Shown one piece after another: positions 27,589 through 40,351 of a stretch of DNA of 64,000 bases. Where the stretch lies: the NCBI GenBank assembly GCA_951406725.2, contig OX597827.1:52700001-52764000 (forward strand), written 5' to 3'. Position 1 is the stretch's first letter, and each line of letters starts with the position of its first letter. Below the pieces are notes generated by a model. It had not been told where the DNA came from. It saw nothing but the letters and a program-made list of their open reading frames with translations, and made no database searches. This stretch comes from Octopus vulgaris (taxonomy: Eukaryota). The position numbers and the translations under genes are program-made.

Positions 27589-28729
27589 TGGAGAGATAGC
27601 TGAGCAGGTCACAACTAATGTAACAGGAATATCATTCCAAATTTAAAATTCACAAACAAAATAATGCCAACATAGTTGATTCTTGAATGCTTGTAAAGTA
27701 AGAGAGAAGGCAAAAGCCAGAAAAAAGTTCAGAACGAGTTATAGCTAGGATAAATATAATTAGCCTCATGCAGGAATAACTACTGAAATCCATATGGAAA
27801 AGAAACAAATTGAAACCCTTTAAAATGATATTTTCATTATTTTCACCAGGAGAAAAATTAAGGATAAACATCTTAAGCAGCCTTCTTAAAATACAAGTGT
27901 GAAGGATGTAAAAATATCTGATATGGTAAACCTCTGGAGATTAATTTTAATAACTTAGCTTCCTTTTTCTAGGGAATTGCTAATGTGAACATAAGTGAAT
28001 ACAAATAAATTAGCAGATAAAAATTTTGGATAAATCAGACATGTAATCATGGTGTACTTGAATTAAATTATCAAAAAATGTACAGCTACCAACACTGATA
28101 ATAGATAACATGTTACAGTGTAACAGATACTTGTAGAGATGAGAACAAACTGTTTGCAAATGTTTTACAATTTCAAACAATAGTAACACATTTCTCACGT
28201 ATTAAATTACTGTTTTTGCCGCAACAAGAAAATAAATGATAAATGTTATTAATACATGAAAAATAAATTTCAGATGAATGTAAAACATCTTTTTTTTTAA
28301 AGGAATGACAGGAAATGTCTGTAAGGGAAGTTGTAACTATTGAGTAACGTCTTTGAGAGAATGGAATGTATTTTTGGAATAATCAATTATGTGGAAAAAA
28401 GGCGAAAATAACCAATTTCCAAAAGAAAATTAGTAACTAGTGATTAATTACATTCAGGCTTCCTATCAACTGACTGTACACACACACACACAGGACCTAC
28501 TGACTACAGTAGGTCCTCTGTAACTAACTAGGCCAAACCATTAACAAAACATTTTTGCTGTAATCCCTAACTTATATCTTTCAAACTGAAAATAATCACC
28601 ACACCCAATCTATAGATACACTACTGGTAGGTAGTATGAAAGTAAACTACCAGTTAAAATATTTACTTGATGAACCAGTGGAGGGACTGCGTATATCACT
28701 TAACCTGTGAGAAATAGCAGTCAAAGTAA

Positions 28730-28958
28730 TTGACCCTTTAACATTCAGATTACTCCCTCTAATGTAAAGCTTATTTACTCACATTGTTTTGAATTAATCA
28801 TGCATTATCTCATAGCTTTGAGATTTCAATATTGTGATTGTTTATTTTTAGAATGGCATTGTAGCATAGGTATGAGAGGCCAGATTTGACCAGTTTGAAC
28901 ATAAAACAGGTAGAATATTTGGGACCAGACATGGTTGATTTAAATACTAATGGGTCAA
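28730..28958. mobile_element. ~230-bp piggyBac-like MITE
   Basis: Decayed ttga-cccttta...gg-tcaa ends; reverse-complement homolog of 33281-33512 and 44651-44845. Confidence 0.7.
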
Positions 28959-29626
28959 TGATAGAAAGGACATCATATAGGTCACCATTTGCTTCTATAT
29001 CTTAAAAAAAAAAAGCTATCATTACAATAACTATTATCATGACATTCTGTAGAGGCAAATACATAAAGTCTATAAACATTAGAAATTTGTACTTTCTAAT
29101 TCTACAGTTCTATGTCAGAAATAATAAAGCATTATTACCAACATAATTACAAAAAGAAAACAAAAAACAAACAAAAAAAAAACCTATTATATTCGAAATG
29201 CTACAATATACCTTAAATGTAATCAACATCTTACCAGCTGATCCTAAACTAGCTTTAAAGAACACCCAACAGACAAATGTAAATGAGAAGGTTGCCATAT
29301 GTTCTATTTTTACTTGAACTTCCTTTCAGCATCGCATATAAATTACTTCTTAATTGATGTATCAATAAGGATGTATTTTATGCTCGTACACAGTTTTACA
29401 CTGTTTTTAGATATATGTAAATGCAACATATGTCAATGTACTATATAAAGTGTTTCAGCAGCAGGTGTGCTATAATTTTCATCAGTCATTCTTTTAAGCC
29501 TGTCTTCAAGTTGGTTTAAATTTGGGAAAGTATACTACTGCTTCATCTTAAGAGATAGGAGTATGTACACACACATGTCCAGACATACACATATGCCATA
29601 TATGTATGTGTGGATGTATGCATGTA

Positions 29627-30905
29627 TCAGGCTGAGTAAAAAGTAAGCAACATTTTGAAACATGAAATTCATCACAATATATTTCAACAATGCAGAAACT
29701 TTTATTCATCAAAGTAAGTACCATTACAATCAACACATTTTTGCCAAAGAGTTACAAGTTTGTTTATTTGGGCAACATAAAAATCTGGAGTTCTGGAGCT
29801 GTTGAACTCTTAGAATGCACTTTCAGCATTGGTTTGGTTTTTTTTAATCTCCTTCTCTTGCAGGAAATCATCAAGGTGCTTGAAAAAGTGGTAGCCAGTA
29901 GGAGAAAGGTCTGGAGAATAAGCTGGGTGGGGAAGAACTTTGTAGCCAAGTTCCCTCAACTTCTGGAGCATTATTAGTAAAATGTGCATTGGGCATTGTC
30001 ATGAAGAATGATTGGCCTTCTTCTGTTGACCAGTCTGGGATGGAGGAGTAGTAGTTTTTCATACATTTTGGCAATTTCATGGCACTGTGTTTCTGCAGTA
30101 ATAGTTTTGCCAGGTTTTAAGAAGTTATAGTGGATGAGTCCAGCAGTACACCTCTAATCAGTCACCATAACCTTCTTTTTGAAGAGCTTGAGTCTAGAGA
30201 AGGTTTTCAGCACTTCATTTTAGTCCAACCACTGTGAAGAATGTTTATTATTATTGTACAGAATCCACTTTTCACCACGAGTTACAATATGGTCAAGAAA
30301 TGGATTGGTCTGGTTACAGAGAAGAAGCGACAAACAAATTTCATATCTGCACATTTTCTGATTTTCATTCAAATCATGTGGTATCCATTTGTTGAAGTTT
30401 TTTTGATTTTATGATCACATGCAAATGGTTGCAGGCAGTTTTCTGGCTAACTTGAAGTTCTCGAGAGGTTTTACATGGATCTTTTTCAATGGCAGTCTTT
30501 AATTGACCATTATTGATGACAGATAGGCGTCCACTACGCTTGTGATCTTCAAGGCTCAGGTCTCCACTGCGAAATCGTTTAAACCATTTTTGAGCTGACC
30601 ACTTACTAGTTATTTCCTCACCAAACTTTTCATTGATACTGCGAGCAGTTTCAACTGCTTTACGTCCCTTTTTGAAGTTGAATAGCTAAATTTCTCAAAT
30701 ATCATGCTTTGACAGTTCCATTTCAGATTATTGTAACAACAGTGAAAAAAAATATCAATGTTAATTTATTGATGCATTTGGGCAAGTCTATGTCTGTATT
30801 ATCAGACAGCTTCAAAAAAATATTTAAAAGAAATTCAAAACTCTGCAAAAATCTGATACAAAGTCTTCATGGTTCAAAACATTGCTTACTTTTTACCCAA
30901 CTTGA
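29627..30905 (-). mobile_element. Full-length mariner (Tc1/mariner) transposon with a disrupted transposase
   Basis: ~39-bp imperfect TIRs (tcaggctgagtaaaaagtaagcaacattttgaa), TA on both sides, 1279 bp; minus strand gives WIPHDL, VTRGEKWILYNN, LHDNAQ and HPAYSPDLSPTGYHFFKHL, with stops and frameshifts. Confidence 0.93.
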
Positions 30906-31874
30906 TATGTATTCATACATTATTCATAATATAAGACATTATAAGTACAAAATTGTAGTTACTGCGGAAGTGATAGAGACATAATTTGAGTCCTCTCAGC
31001 ATGTCTCTTGCTAATTTTCTGTCCCAAATTGATGTTTTAAAATCTTTATATTATATGTATTAACATCTCAGAAGTAGAAGTTTTGTTTTATAACCACAAG
31101 GTTTTAGATTTGTTTAAGATCGGCTGTCTGTGGGAATTCTTGCATGCTGACGACCTAGTTCTCACGGCCAAATCAGAAACAGATTTAGAGGCAGAAGAAG
31201 CCTGCAGAAGAAGATACTGGACCCCACAAAAGGAGGATGACTAGGATGACTGCTGTGCTGGAGCAGACTTTTCCAACTCATGCCAGTATAGAAAAACAGA
31301 TATAAAATAATCAAGATAGTAATATATACCTACACAAAGAAATATATATGCACATACACACACACATGTGCTGCCACTACTAACACCACAATCATCATCA
31401 TCCTACTTTTACACTCATTTTTCCAAGCTTGCATCCTGGAATAAGCTTTCAATTTTTCCCTCATGCCTGCCTTTTCTACTGGTTCCTTCTTGGATTGTTT
31501 AGCACTTTTTTTTTATCCATCTCTCATTCTCCATACACATATACTCAGTCTTCTCTCTTGCACACTACATCTGATTCCTTTTATATCCAGTTTTTCTCTC
31601 AGCTCATTTGTGCTTCATCATCCATGTACATTAATTACACATTCAGTGTAGCATGGTTATCTCATTCCTTTGCAACCTTCACATATCCTACACATTCAAT
31701 GACTTTCTTTTGCTAGCATACAACACTACCCTTCTTATTCGAGTATTATACTGTGTAACACTTCAGGATCTCACAGTGTAACACCTCAAGATGGTGTCTT
31801 CTACTATAGCTTAGAAAATGAAATTTGGTAGATAGTAACGATACAGAAATTTGTTGAGTATGCATGTACATATG

Positions 31875-31932
<58 letters not shown>

Positions 31933-31935
<3 letters not shown>

Positions 31936-32204
31936 CATGACTGACCAGGCTATCAGATGTTGCTACACATCGCTGGTCACAATGCGCTTCGCATTGTGGC
32001 TAAGCGAGCAGGCCAACAGAAGAAAGAATGAAAGAAATTTGTGGCGAAAGAGTACAGCAGGGATCACCGCCACCCCCTGCCGGAGTCTCGTGGAGCTTTT
32101 AGGTATTTTCGCTCAATAAACACTCACAACGCCTGGTCTGGGAATCGAAACCGCGATCCTACAACCGCGAGTCCGCTGCCCTAACCACTGGGCCATTGCG
32201 CCTC

Positions 32205-32205
<1 letters not shown>
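31933..32205 (-). mobile_element. tRNA-derived SINE, family C-related, young copy between (TA)n and (CA)n
   Basis: Head ggaggcgcaatggcccagtggttaggg...ggtttcgattccc with A and B boxes; CpGs intact. Confidence 0.85.
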
Positions 32206-32247
<42 letters not shown>

Positions 32248-32645
32248 GTTTACTGTCATGTGTGTTGATACAACACAGGAACAGTGACATTTGTTTATAT
32301 CCTGCAGCTTAATGAGTTGACATGCAAAGAACAATGAAATAATGTACCTCATGAAAAATAAGATAGACATCAAGAAGAGCATCTAGCCATTGAATACTAT
32401 CTCAAGAAGTGCCATCCATTTCAAGTCAGGCATTATACTGATGATGTTGATCTAATTGCAATCTGCTCCTGTGCATCTGTTATACATAAAGTCCTTCTCC
32501 ATCAACCTGCCTTGTGACCCCACTGCACCCTTGCATACCCATACTTTACAATTGGTACACCATATAGATTTCCTATCAACTATTTTTGTATATCAAGCAT
32601 GGCCACTTCCAACATAACTATATAATCCTGTCTTATTTCCAAACT

Positions 32646-32980
32646 AAGGCGCAAGGCTCAGTGCTTAGAGTGTCAAGCTTACAATCGTGAGGTTGTGAGC
32701 TCAAATCCCAGACTGGGCTACATGTTGTGTTCTTGTGCAAGACACTTTATTTCACGTTGCTTCAGTTCACTCAGCTGTAGAAATGAGTTGCGACATCACA
32801 AGTGCCAAGCCGTATTGGCTGTTGCCTTTCCCTTCAATAACACTGTTGGCGTGGAGAGGGGAGGCTGGTATGCATGGGCAACTGCTGGTCTTCCATAAAC
32901 AACTTTGCCTGGACTTGTGCCTGGGAGCGTAACCTTCTAGGTGCAATCTCATGGTCAGAGTCGTGACCGAAGGGGGGTCT
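32646..32980 (+). mobile_element. tRNA-derived SINE
   Basis: aaggcgcaaggctcagtgcttagag...gagctcaaatccc then tgtgttcttg.gcaagacacttta. Confidence 0.75.
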
Positions 32981-33280
32981 CAGAATTTCGTAACTAGAAC
33001 TGTTGTCTTTGCTAGGTCTTCTTTATGACCTCTTAATTCTAGGTTTTGCTTCCACATTTGGAATTTCTTCACCAATTTCTTTAACAGCTATGAGCACTAA
33101 TTCATCAGCAGTTTAAGGAATGGCTGTTCCTATAAACAACCTGCATGCTAAATCACACCTCGCTGACAATATCTCTGTAATATGACTTACATCATTATTT
33201 CTCAGGAGTATGGATGAAGATTGAAAATGAGGCAGGCAAATTGTCATATTAAATGAAATTAAAAAGAAGTTTCTATCTTT

Positions 33281-33512
33281 TTAATGCTTTAGCATTTAAA
33301 CCAGCCATATCTGGCCTAAACACTCTATCTAGTTTATGTTCAGACCAGCCATAACTAGCCTTTCACATCTTCCCTACAAATGTCCTTCTAAAACATAAAC
33401 AATTACACCATTGAAGTTCTTGATGCTACAAGATAATGCAGGATTAATTTAAAAACAATGTGAATAAACAAGCATTACATTTGACAGAAAAATGTGAATG
33501 CTAAAGTATTAA
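33281..33512. mobile_element. TTAA-flanked piggyBac-like MITE
   Basis: ttaa..ctttagcatt ... aatgctaaag..ttaa. Confidence 0.75.
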
Positions 33513-33607
33513 ACTTATCAAACACTTTGATGAAGAAAGAAGAATTATACAGATGCAAAATCTATTAAGTCATCTCATTAATAGAGGGAAGGATGTAAAA
33601 AAAAAAG

Positions 33608-33990
33608 TGCTGTGTGGTAAGAAACTTGTTTCCCAACCACATGGTTCTAGGTTCAGTCCCACTGTGTGGCACCTTGGGCAAGTGCCTTCTACTAAAGCCT
33701 CGAGCAGACCAAAGCCTTGTGAGTAGATTTGGTAGATGGAAACTGAAAGAAGCCTATCATGTATATGTGTGTGTGTGTCTGTGCTCATACCCCACCACTA
33801 CCTGATAAGTAGTGTTGGTGTGTTTACAATCCTGTAACTTAGTGGTTTGGCAAAAGTGACAGATAGAATAAGTACAAGGCTTAAAAAAAAAAGAAAAGAA
33901 AAAAGACTGGGGTTGATTCATTTAACTAAAAAATTCTTCAAAGTGTTGCCCCAGCATGGCCACAGTCTAATGAAACAAGTAAAAGATAAC
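33608..33990 (+). mobile_element. SINE family A
   Basis: gctgtgtggtaagaa.cttg...ggttcagtcccactg.gtggcaccttgggcaagtg...gaaacaagtaaaag. Confidence 0.85.
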
Positions 33991-36005
33991 AGATAATATA
34001 TTTCAAGGGGAGGGGCTGGTGTTTGTCAGTATGAGAATCATTAGCTTACATGACTCTAACAAGCCATTCATCTGAACCTAGTTTACTTAGTGTCACAGCA
34101 TTTCAAAGTGTGGTACCCAGCTAAAAGCCATCTCCAGATCAATGTGGCTACCTCTTAGCTAAGAAACTTTCTTGTATGTTATCTCACTATGAAGAATGCA
34201 TCAGTGGTATGAACATGCAAGTATAAATATATGTATACATACAGAAACACACACACTCATATGAGGGAGGGTACTGAAAGGTTCCTGGCTTTAGGTAAAA
34301 GAAAACACAGGAAGATCAGTTATGATTTTATTAAACATACTCCTGTCTCAGATTCACACACTTATTGTAGTTGTCCTTCAGTTTTTCTAGGCCCTGTAAA
34401 AAAAAAAACTCAGAAGGTTGGGCCTCCAACAAGGCCTTAAAGCAAGGAACTTTTCAGCACCCATTTATGCATACAAGGAAAATAGAAATAGAGTGCGTAA
34501 GTTTCTTTATTTCTTTAAACTCCAAGGTTTTCAGACAACAAATACTATTCTGCTCCAGATGTTGAGTGAGATATAAATAGATCTGTTCCAGTTCATAATC
34601 TGAGCCCCACCCTTGCAATTTCACCTCTACTCTGCCATAGCAGTTTGGATGCCAGACTGGCACTCCCTTTTTGTTGTTAATGCTTTAATGGCCTGAACAC
34701 CATGCCAGCCTCCACCGTCACCTTAGAAAAGTCTTAGTTGGTCTAAATGTCAGTCAATGGTTTACATTTTCTGAAGCTGTTTTATATAATACAATGACAA
34801 GGAAAAGTAAGACACAGCTGTCAGGAGTGCAGGGAGGAAAAGACCAAGTCTCCAAAAGGTAATAAATATAGGATTACTGTATCATTTTTACCAGTGTGAA
34901 CTAAAACTACTACACAATTTTTAAAAAGTGTGTTGTTTTTGTTAGTATTAACTTAATCAGACCTATGATCAAAGACATTCTATGACAAGGCTCTCTGTAT
35001 TTAAGGTAATAAGACATAATTTGAGGAGATTTGGCTTCTATTTCTAGCAGTTAAAAAGCAGCTGTATAGAGAATCCACTAGTTGGCTCATGTTGTTTAGT
35101 CTCAGATTAGCTTTGATTAATAAAGGGATACACTGCTCATGACTCTGACAGGCCCTCCAAGTCTGGTGAAATTGATACAATTCATGTTCACTTAGAACAT
35201 TAGTAAGTCAATATCTGCTGGAAAAACATGATAGGGAGGGGAGTTAACTTTCTGGTGAGGAAAGTTCGTGCATCAAGGAAATTAAGTACAAGCCTTGGAA
35301 GGGAGACACACAGTAAGGGTGATAAGAGGAGGGGAGATAAATGTTACAGGTGAGCATGGGTAGGTTGATATACACCTTTGAGGAGTAGAGGTCATTGCAG
35401 TAGTAATATAATAGGTAGCATGTGTTTTGGAGTCAGTCTGTAGTATGTTAGCAAGTGAATCTTCACCAATCAATCAGATGTGGTCCAGAATATTTATGTA
35501 TGTACTAGCAGTGGCATTCCTGGTAAGGGAGCAGTATTCAATTGTGGATCTTAATTGAGCTTTAGAGTCAGCAGGGGATCAGAATTGAAATATTTTTGGC
35601 ATACTGACACAAGTGTTCCTTGCTGATTTTGTTTCCTCATGACTTCCAGAAAAATGCATATTTTTTAATGATATTTGCAACAAATATGCTTCAGATGGTG
35701 CAAATTCAGATTATATTGGAATTTGTTTTGAAAATTTATTCTGTGAGTGTAGAGAAAAGTTTTGGAAAATTCCCCCAAGTTGGTTTTGTTTCTTCATAAC
35801 TCTCAGGAAAATTGATATTCTTTGATGAAATTTTCTACAGATACCTTTCAGAGTATATAGATTACAATTATATTGCACTTTAATATTAATTCCAATTATA
35901 TTGGACTTTAATAAAAATGGTAGGCTCGCACACATACATACCGACACACATCACATTTATCTACAAAATGAAACTTGAAATTTGAAAAAAAAATTGTAAT
36001 GTGCA

Positions 36006-36443
36006 TTAGTCACGTAAAATACTCCAATGTGACCGTACGACAGGCACCCATGCCAACCCCCTTTGCTTGTGAAGACATGTTGGGGAAATCGAAATCGAAT
36101 TGAACCAGCCAGGATCCCTGGTCTGGTGGTACGTAAAAAGCACTATCCGACTCGTGGCCGATGCCAGCACCGCCTCGACTGGCTTCCGTGCCGGTGGCAC
36201 ATAAAATACACCAATCTGACCGTGGCCGTTGCCAGCCCCGCCTGGCACCTGTGCAGGTGGCACGTAAAAAGCACCCACTACACTCACGGAGTGGTTGGCG
36301 TTAGGAAGGGCATCCAGCTGTAGAAACATTGCCAGATTAGACTGGAGCCTGGTGCAGCCTTCTGGCTTCCCAGAACCCCGGTCGAACCGTCCAACCCATG
36401 CTAGCATGGAGAACGGACGTTAAACGACGATGATGATGATGAT
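36006..36443 (+). mobile_element. RTE LINE 3' UTR, young copy
   Basis: ggtggcac.taaaa repeats; ggagaacggacgttaaacgacgatgatgatgatg tail; CpGs intact. Confidence 0.85.
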
Positions 36444-38338
36444 GTGTGCGTGCTAACCATTTTCCTTTTGACATCAAATTCTGAAAGGTATATGTAGAAA
36501 ATTTTAATTTTAAAATACCCATTTTTTTCAGAAAGTTATAAAGAAACAAAGCCAGCTTGTGTGAATTTTCTGAAACTCCTCTCCCCGTTCCTTGGAAAAA
36601 TTTCTTCACAACAAATTCTGATACCATCGGAATCTACACCATTTCATTTGAAGAATATTTGCAGATAATTTCATTAAAAAATATCAACTTTTTTGGAAGC
36701 TGTGACCAAACAAAGTCAAGATTGCGGTATGTGGAGGCACACTTGCATAGGTATGCCATATTTCTACTCTACTTTGGATCTAGCTAATGTACCTTATTCT
36801 CAACAGATCCTTTATGCTAACTTCCCCACCAACATTCTATGTAGAGCAATTCAAAACAAACATTCCTTGTGTCTACTGACAACCTTTAGGGCCTTCTGAA
36901 AGGTTCACAACCATATAACCCTGGTCCTTTTCCTTCCTTCTGTTGAAGTTCTTCTCAATACTGTTTTTGAATAACAATGACCTGGGGCTGTAGCAGGATG
37001 TGACCAGCCTCTAAGATTCTTTGTTCCTTTGCCATGTCTTGTAATCTTCTTGATGATGTTTATCTTAACAGTTCTTGATTTTTGATATAGTCATGGTATG
37101 AAGTGATCAAGATTTTGGACAAAAGCTGAAAATCCTATTTGTAAGTGATTCTATTGATTCAATCAACTGCATATTTGTTCCTATAATTACAAAGTTTGGC
37201 TCAAGTGAGTGAAATTGGGCAGATGGAAACAGTATAGAAAACCATCAGGTGGACATAATTCTAGGGTGGTAGATTTAATCTATTACCTGGTTTAAAACTA
37301 TGAATGGGTTCTTCAATGTTTTAAGCTGAATCTGGTCAGTTGCAAACATTTGAACCAAGTTTCCAATGTGAAGATAATCCATGAAAGTGGGTGTTTTTCT
37401 CCCCTCCCCTACCAGTCACAGATGCCTTGTAAATCATGAACCTAACTAAGCCATGGAAAACAAAATAGAAATAAAAAGTAGAATAAACTTGTGTATAATT
37501 AAATGAGTTCATTATTCTTAATGTTATTAATATTACACCTATCATTATTGTTATCACATCATTATCAGTGCTAAAATTTTTGCTTAAGACACGACATGGC
37601 AGAGGTAAAACATTAAAAATGGTTCTAAACTCTCTTTTATACTGAAAAAATTCTAGATAAAGCAACCTTTTTGGAATCAGGTAAAATAAGGAATCAGTCA
37701 AGTATTAAGATCAATGGCATTGACTGACTCCCACCCAACTCCACTCAAAATAGCTGGCCTTGTACCTAAATGTGAAATCATCATTGTCAACATGGTCATC
37801 ATTATCTTCATATTAAACAGTATTTCTCATTTAGTGTCACTTGTTATAAAAGAATATAGGAAACTGACTGATAACAAGACATTAATAAAAAAGCCAAAAC
37901 AAAAAAATCAATATCAGATGGGAAAGAACTAGTATCATAATGACATATTATCCAGGCTGTACTACAAAAACATCTGTATACAATTTCTGTAAAAACACGT
38001 ACTGTCATTTAAACATATTGCCCTTATTTTGCAAAGTAATGATCAGGTTTACCTTACATTGTTCGGCTAACCTCATTTTAATTTCTACACTATGCCATTG
38101 ACATATGATGTACACACATATTTATTTACATTTGAATTGCAAAACTAAATAGAGAAGATATAGATAAGACAAAAAGCAAGCACAGCTGTGAAGTTCAGGA
38201 GGATGGGGGATCATTTAATCCTATTTTGTCTTTATCCATATGTAGTTAAAAAACAAATTATGATTTATGGTTATATTAAATTTATAATTACACTGTGTAA
38301 CAAAATTCTTTTTTTTTTTTGTCTTTGGTCAGTAAGTG

Positions 38339-38716
38339 TTATTTCCTATTTGCTTCTATCTAGAAACCAAAGGAGATGACTACTATTCCCTTCAAACTTT
38401 GCTTTTGTGACCTGGACATCAATGTTTTGAAACTGACCTATTTTCCATTTCATTTCAAACAGACTCAGCGCTGAGTTGCTGAAACAGAAATATCATTACA
38501 ACAAATATTCTGCTCAATACTACAGATATGCTTGTCAGTTGCTTGACCATAACTGTTTGAGAATGTCCCTAAGTGGCTGATAATATGTAGATCTCTGATG
38601 TAGCCATGTTGAAAGGGATTCTTTGGGGGTTTGAATAAATATCATAACAAAAGCAAAGTTTGAAGGAAATATTAGCCATTTTTCATACTTTCAAGGGGTA
38701 AGCAAATAGGAAATAA
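38339..38716. mobile_element. MITE with ~70-bp imperfect TIRs
   Basis: ttatttcctatttgct...ccttcaaactttgcttttgt versus acaaaagcaaagtttgaagg...agcaaataggaaataa. Confidence 0.7.
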
Positions 38717-38951
38717 TAGCTGCTACCCAAGAACAAAAATCTGGTAACACAGTGTTATGAAATAATGAAATGAATTTTTGTATTCTTACACTTTAATACA
38801 CTTCTATACTCTTGGCCTTTCATCCTTCTTTGGATGATTATAAAATACCACTCAAAGTCAAGTATGGAAGTTACTTTAATTTGTTAACTCTTACAATTTT
38901 GGAGTCTTGTGTCCCTTTCTTAGAAACAATTATTTATATTAAAATTATCAG

Positions 38952-39420
38952 AAAGGTGGTAAGCCGACAGAATTGTTAGCATACCAGGCAAAATGACACT
39001 TGGCATTTTGTCTGCCATTACATTCTGAGTTCAAATACTGCCAAGGTTGACTTTGTCTTTCATCCCTTTCAGGGTCAATAAAATAAGTACCAGTTGAGGA
39101 TAGGGGACGATGCAATCGACTTACCCCTCCCCTGAAATTGCTGGCTTTGTGCCAAAATTTGAAACCAGTATTAAAATTGTTAGGAAGGCAGTGAGCTGGC
39201 AGAATTGTTAGCACAACAGGCAAAATATTTAGCAGCTTTTCATCTGTCTTTACGTTCTGAGTTCAAATTCCGCCAAGGTCAACTTTGCCTTTCATCCTTT
39301 CAGGGTTGGTCAATAAATTAAGTACTAGTTGAACACTGGGGCAATGTTATTGACTTACCCACTCTCCTGAAATTGCTGGCCTTAGGCCAAAATTTGAAAC
39401 CAATATTAAAATTGTTAGAA
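38952..39420 (+). mobile_element. Two tandem SINE family B copies
   Basis: Both end gccaaaatttgaaacca.tattaaaattgttag. Confidence 0.85.
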
Positions 39421-39429
39421 ACAACTATT

Positions 39430-39857
39430 CATCATCATCATCATTGCTTTAACGTCCACTTTTCCATGCTTGCATGTGTCAGATAAAGTTTATTGAGGCA
39501 GATTTTCTATGGCATAGATGCTCTTCTAGTTGCCAACCCTCACCTGTTTCCAAGTAAGGTAATATTTTCCCATGGTCAGATATGTTTTTGCAGAACACTG
39601 TAAATGAGCAGTGCTTCTTGTATGACAGTGGCACTACCCACATTATGTCAAGACAAGGAGACACAAGCATACACACCCATAAATATAGGTATACATTTCC
39701 ACACACACACACCACAAGCTTCTCTCAGTTTCCATCTACCAAATCCACACAAAAACTTTGGATGGCCTGGGGCTACAGTAGAAGACACTTGTCCAAGATG
39801 CCATGCGATGGGACTGAATCTAGCTTTCTATCAGGTTGGAAAGCTAGCTTCTTAACC
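39430..39857 (-). mobile_element. SINE with family-A head and RTE-like (GAT)n tail
   Basis: Head blocks as in family A; other end catcatcatc...tttaacgtccacttttccatgcttgcatg. Confidence 0.75.
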
Positions 39858-39887
39858 TAATAAATAATAATAATAATTATTATTATT

Positions 39888-40087
39888 AAGGTGGTGAGCT
39901 GGCAGACAAAATGCTTAACAGTATTTCACCTGTCTACATTCTGAGTCCAAATTTTGTCAAGGTCTACATTGCCTTTCATGCTTTTGGGGTTGGTGAAACA
40001 AGTACCAATTGAGCACTGGGGCTGATGTAACCAACTATCCATCCCTTGCCAGTAAAATTTCAGACCTTGTGCCTATAGTAGAAAAGA
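39888..40087 (+). mobile_element. SINE family B
   Basis: aaggtggtgagctggcagac...ccttgtgcctatagtagaaaagattatt. Confidence 0.75.
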
Positions 40088-40105
40088 TTATTATTATTAT
40101 TATTT

Positions 40106-40351
40106 ATGGGTTTTTCTTCTTCTTTCAAATTTGCTTCCATTTCTTGCCGAGTGTCTTCCCAACTCCTAGGGCAAAGAAACTCATAGTATACATTGGTAGG
40201 CCATTAAACTAAACTCACTAGTTCGTTCTTTTTTTTTTTGATAGGAATAAAGTTAAATTAAAATACATGGGTAGTAATAGTTCTCATATTGACAATGCTT
40301 TTCTCAATACGTGTGATGTACCAGTTAAGACAATCTTTTGCACTTCTTGCA
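40106..40351 (-). mobile_element. 3' end of an R4/Dong-like (REL-endonuclease) non-LTR retrotransposon
   Basis: Minus strand 40349-40284 reads QEVQKIVLTGTSHVLRKALSI*, then a 3' UTR; flanked by (TAA)n. Confidence 0.7.

Noticed and set aside
32130-32205. tRNA-like sequence
   Set aside because: Continues into a SINE body, with no complete acceptor stem; it is a SINE head
36006-36407. 133-aa minus-strand ORF
   Set aside because: Antisense reading of the RTE 3' UTR repeat
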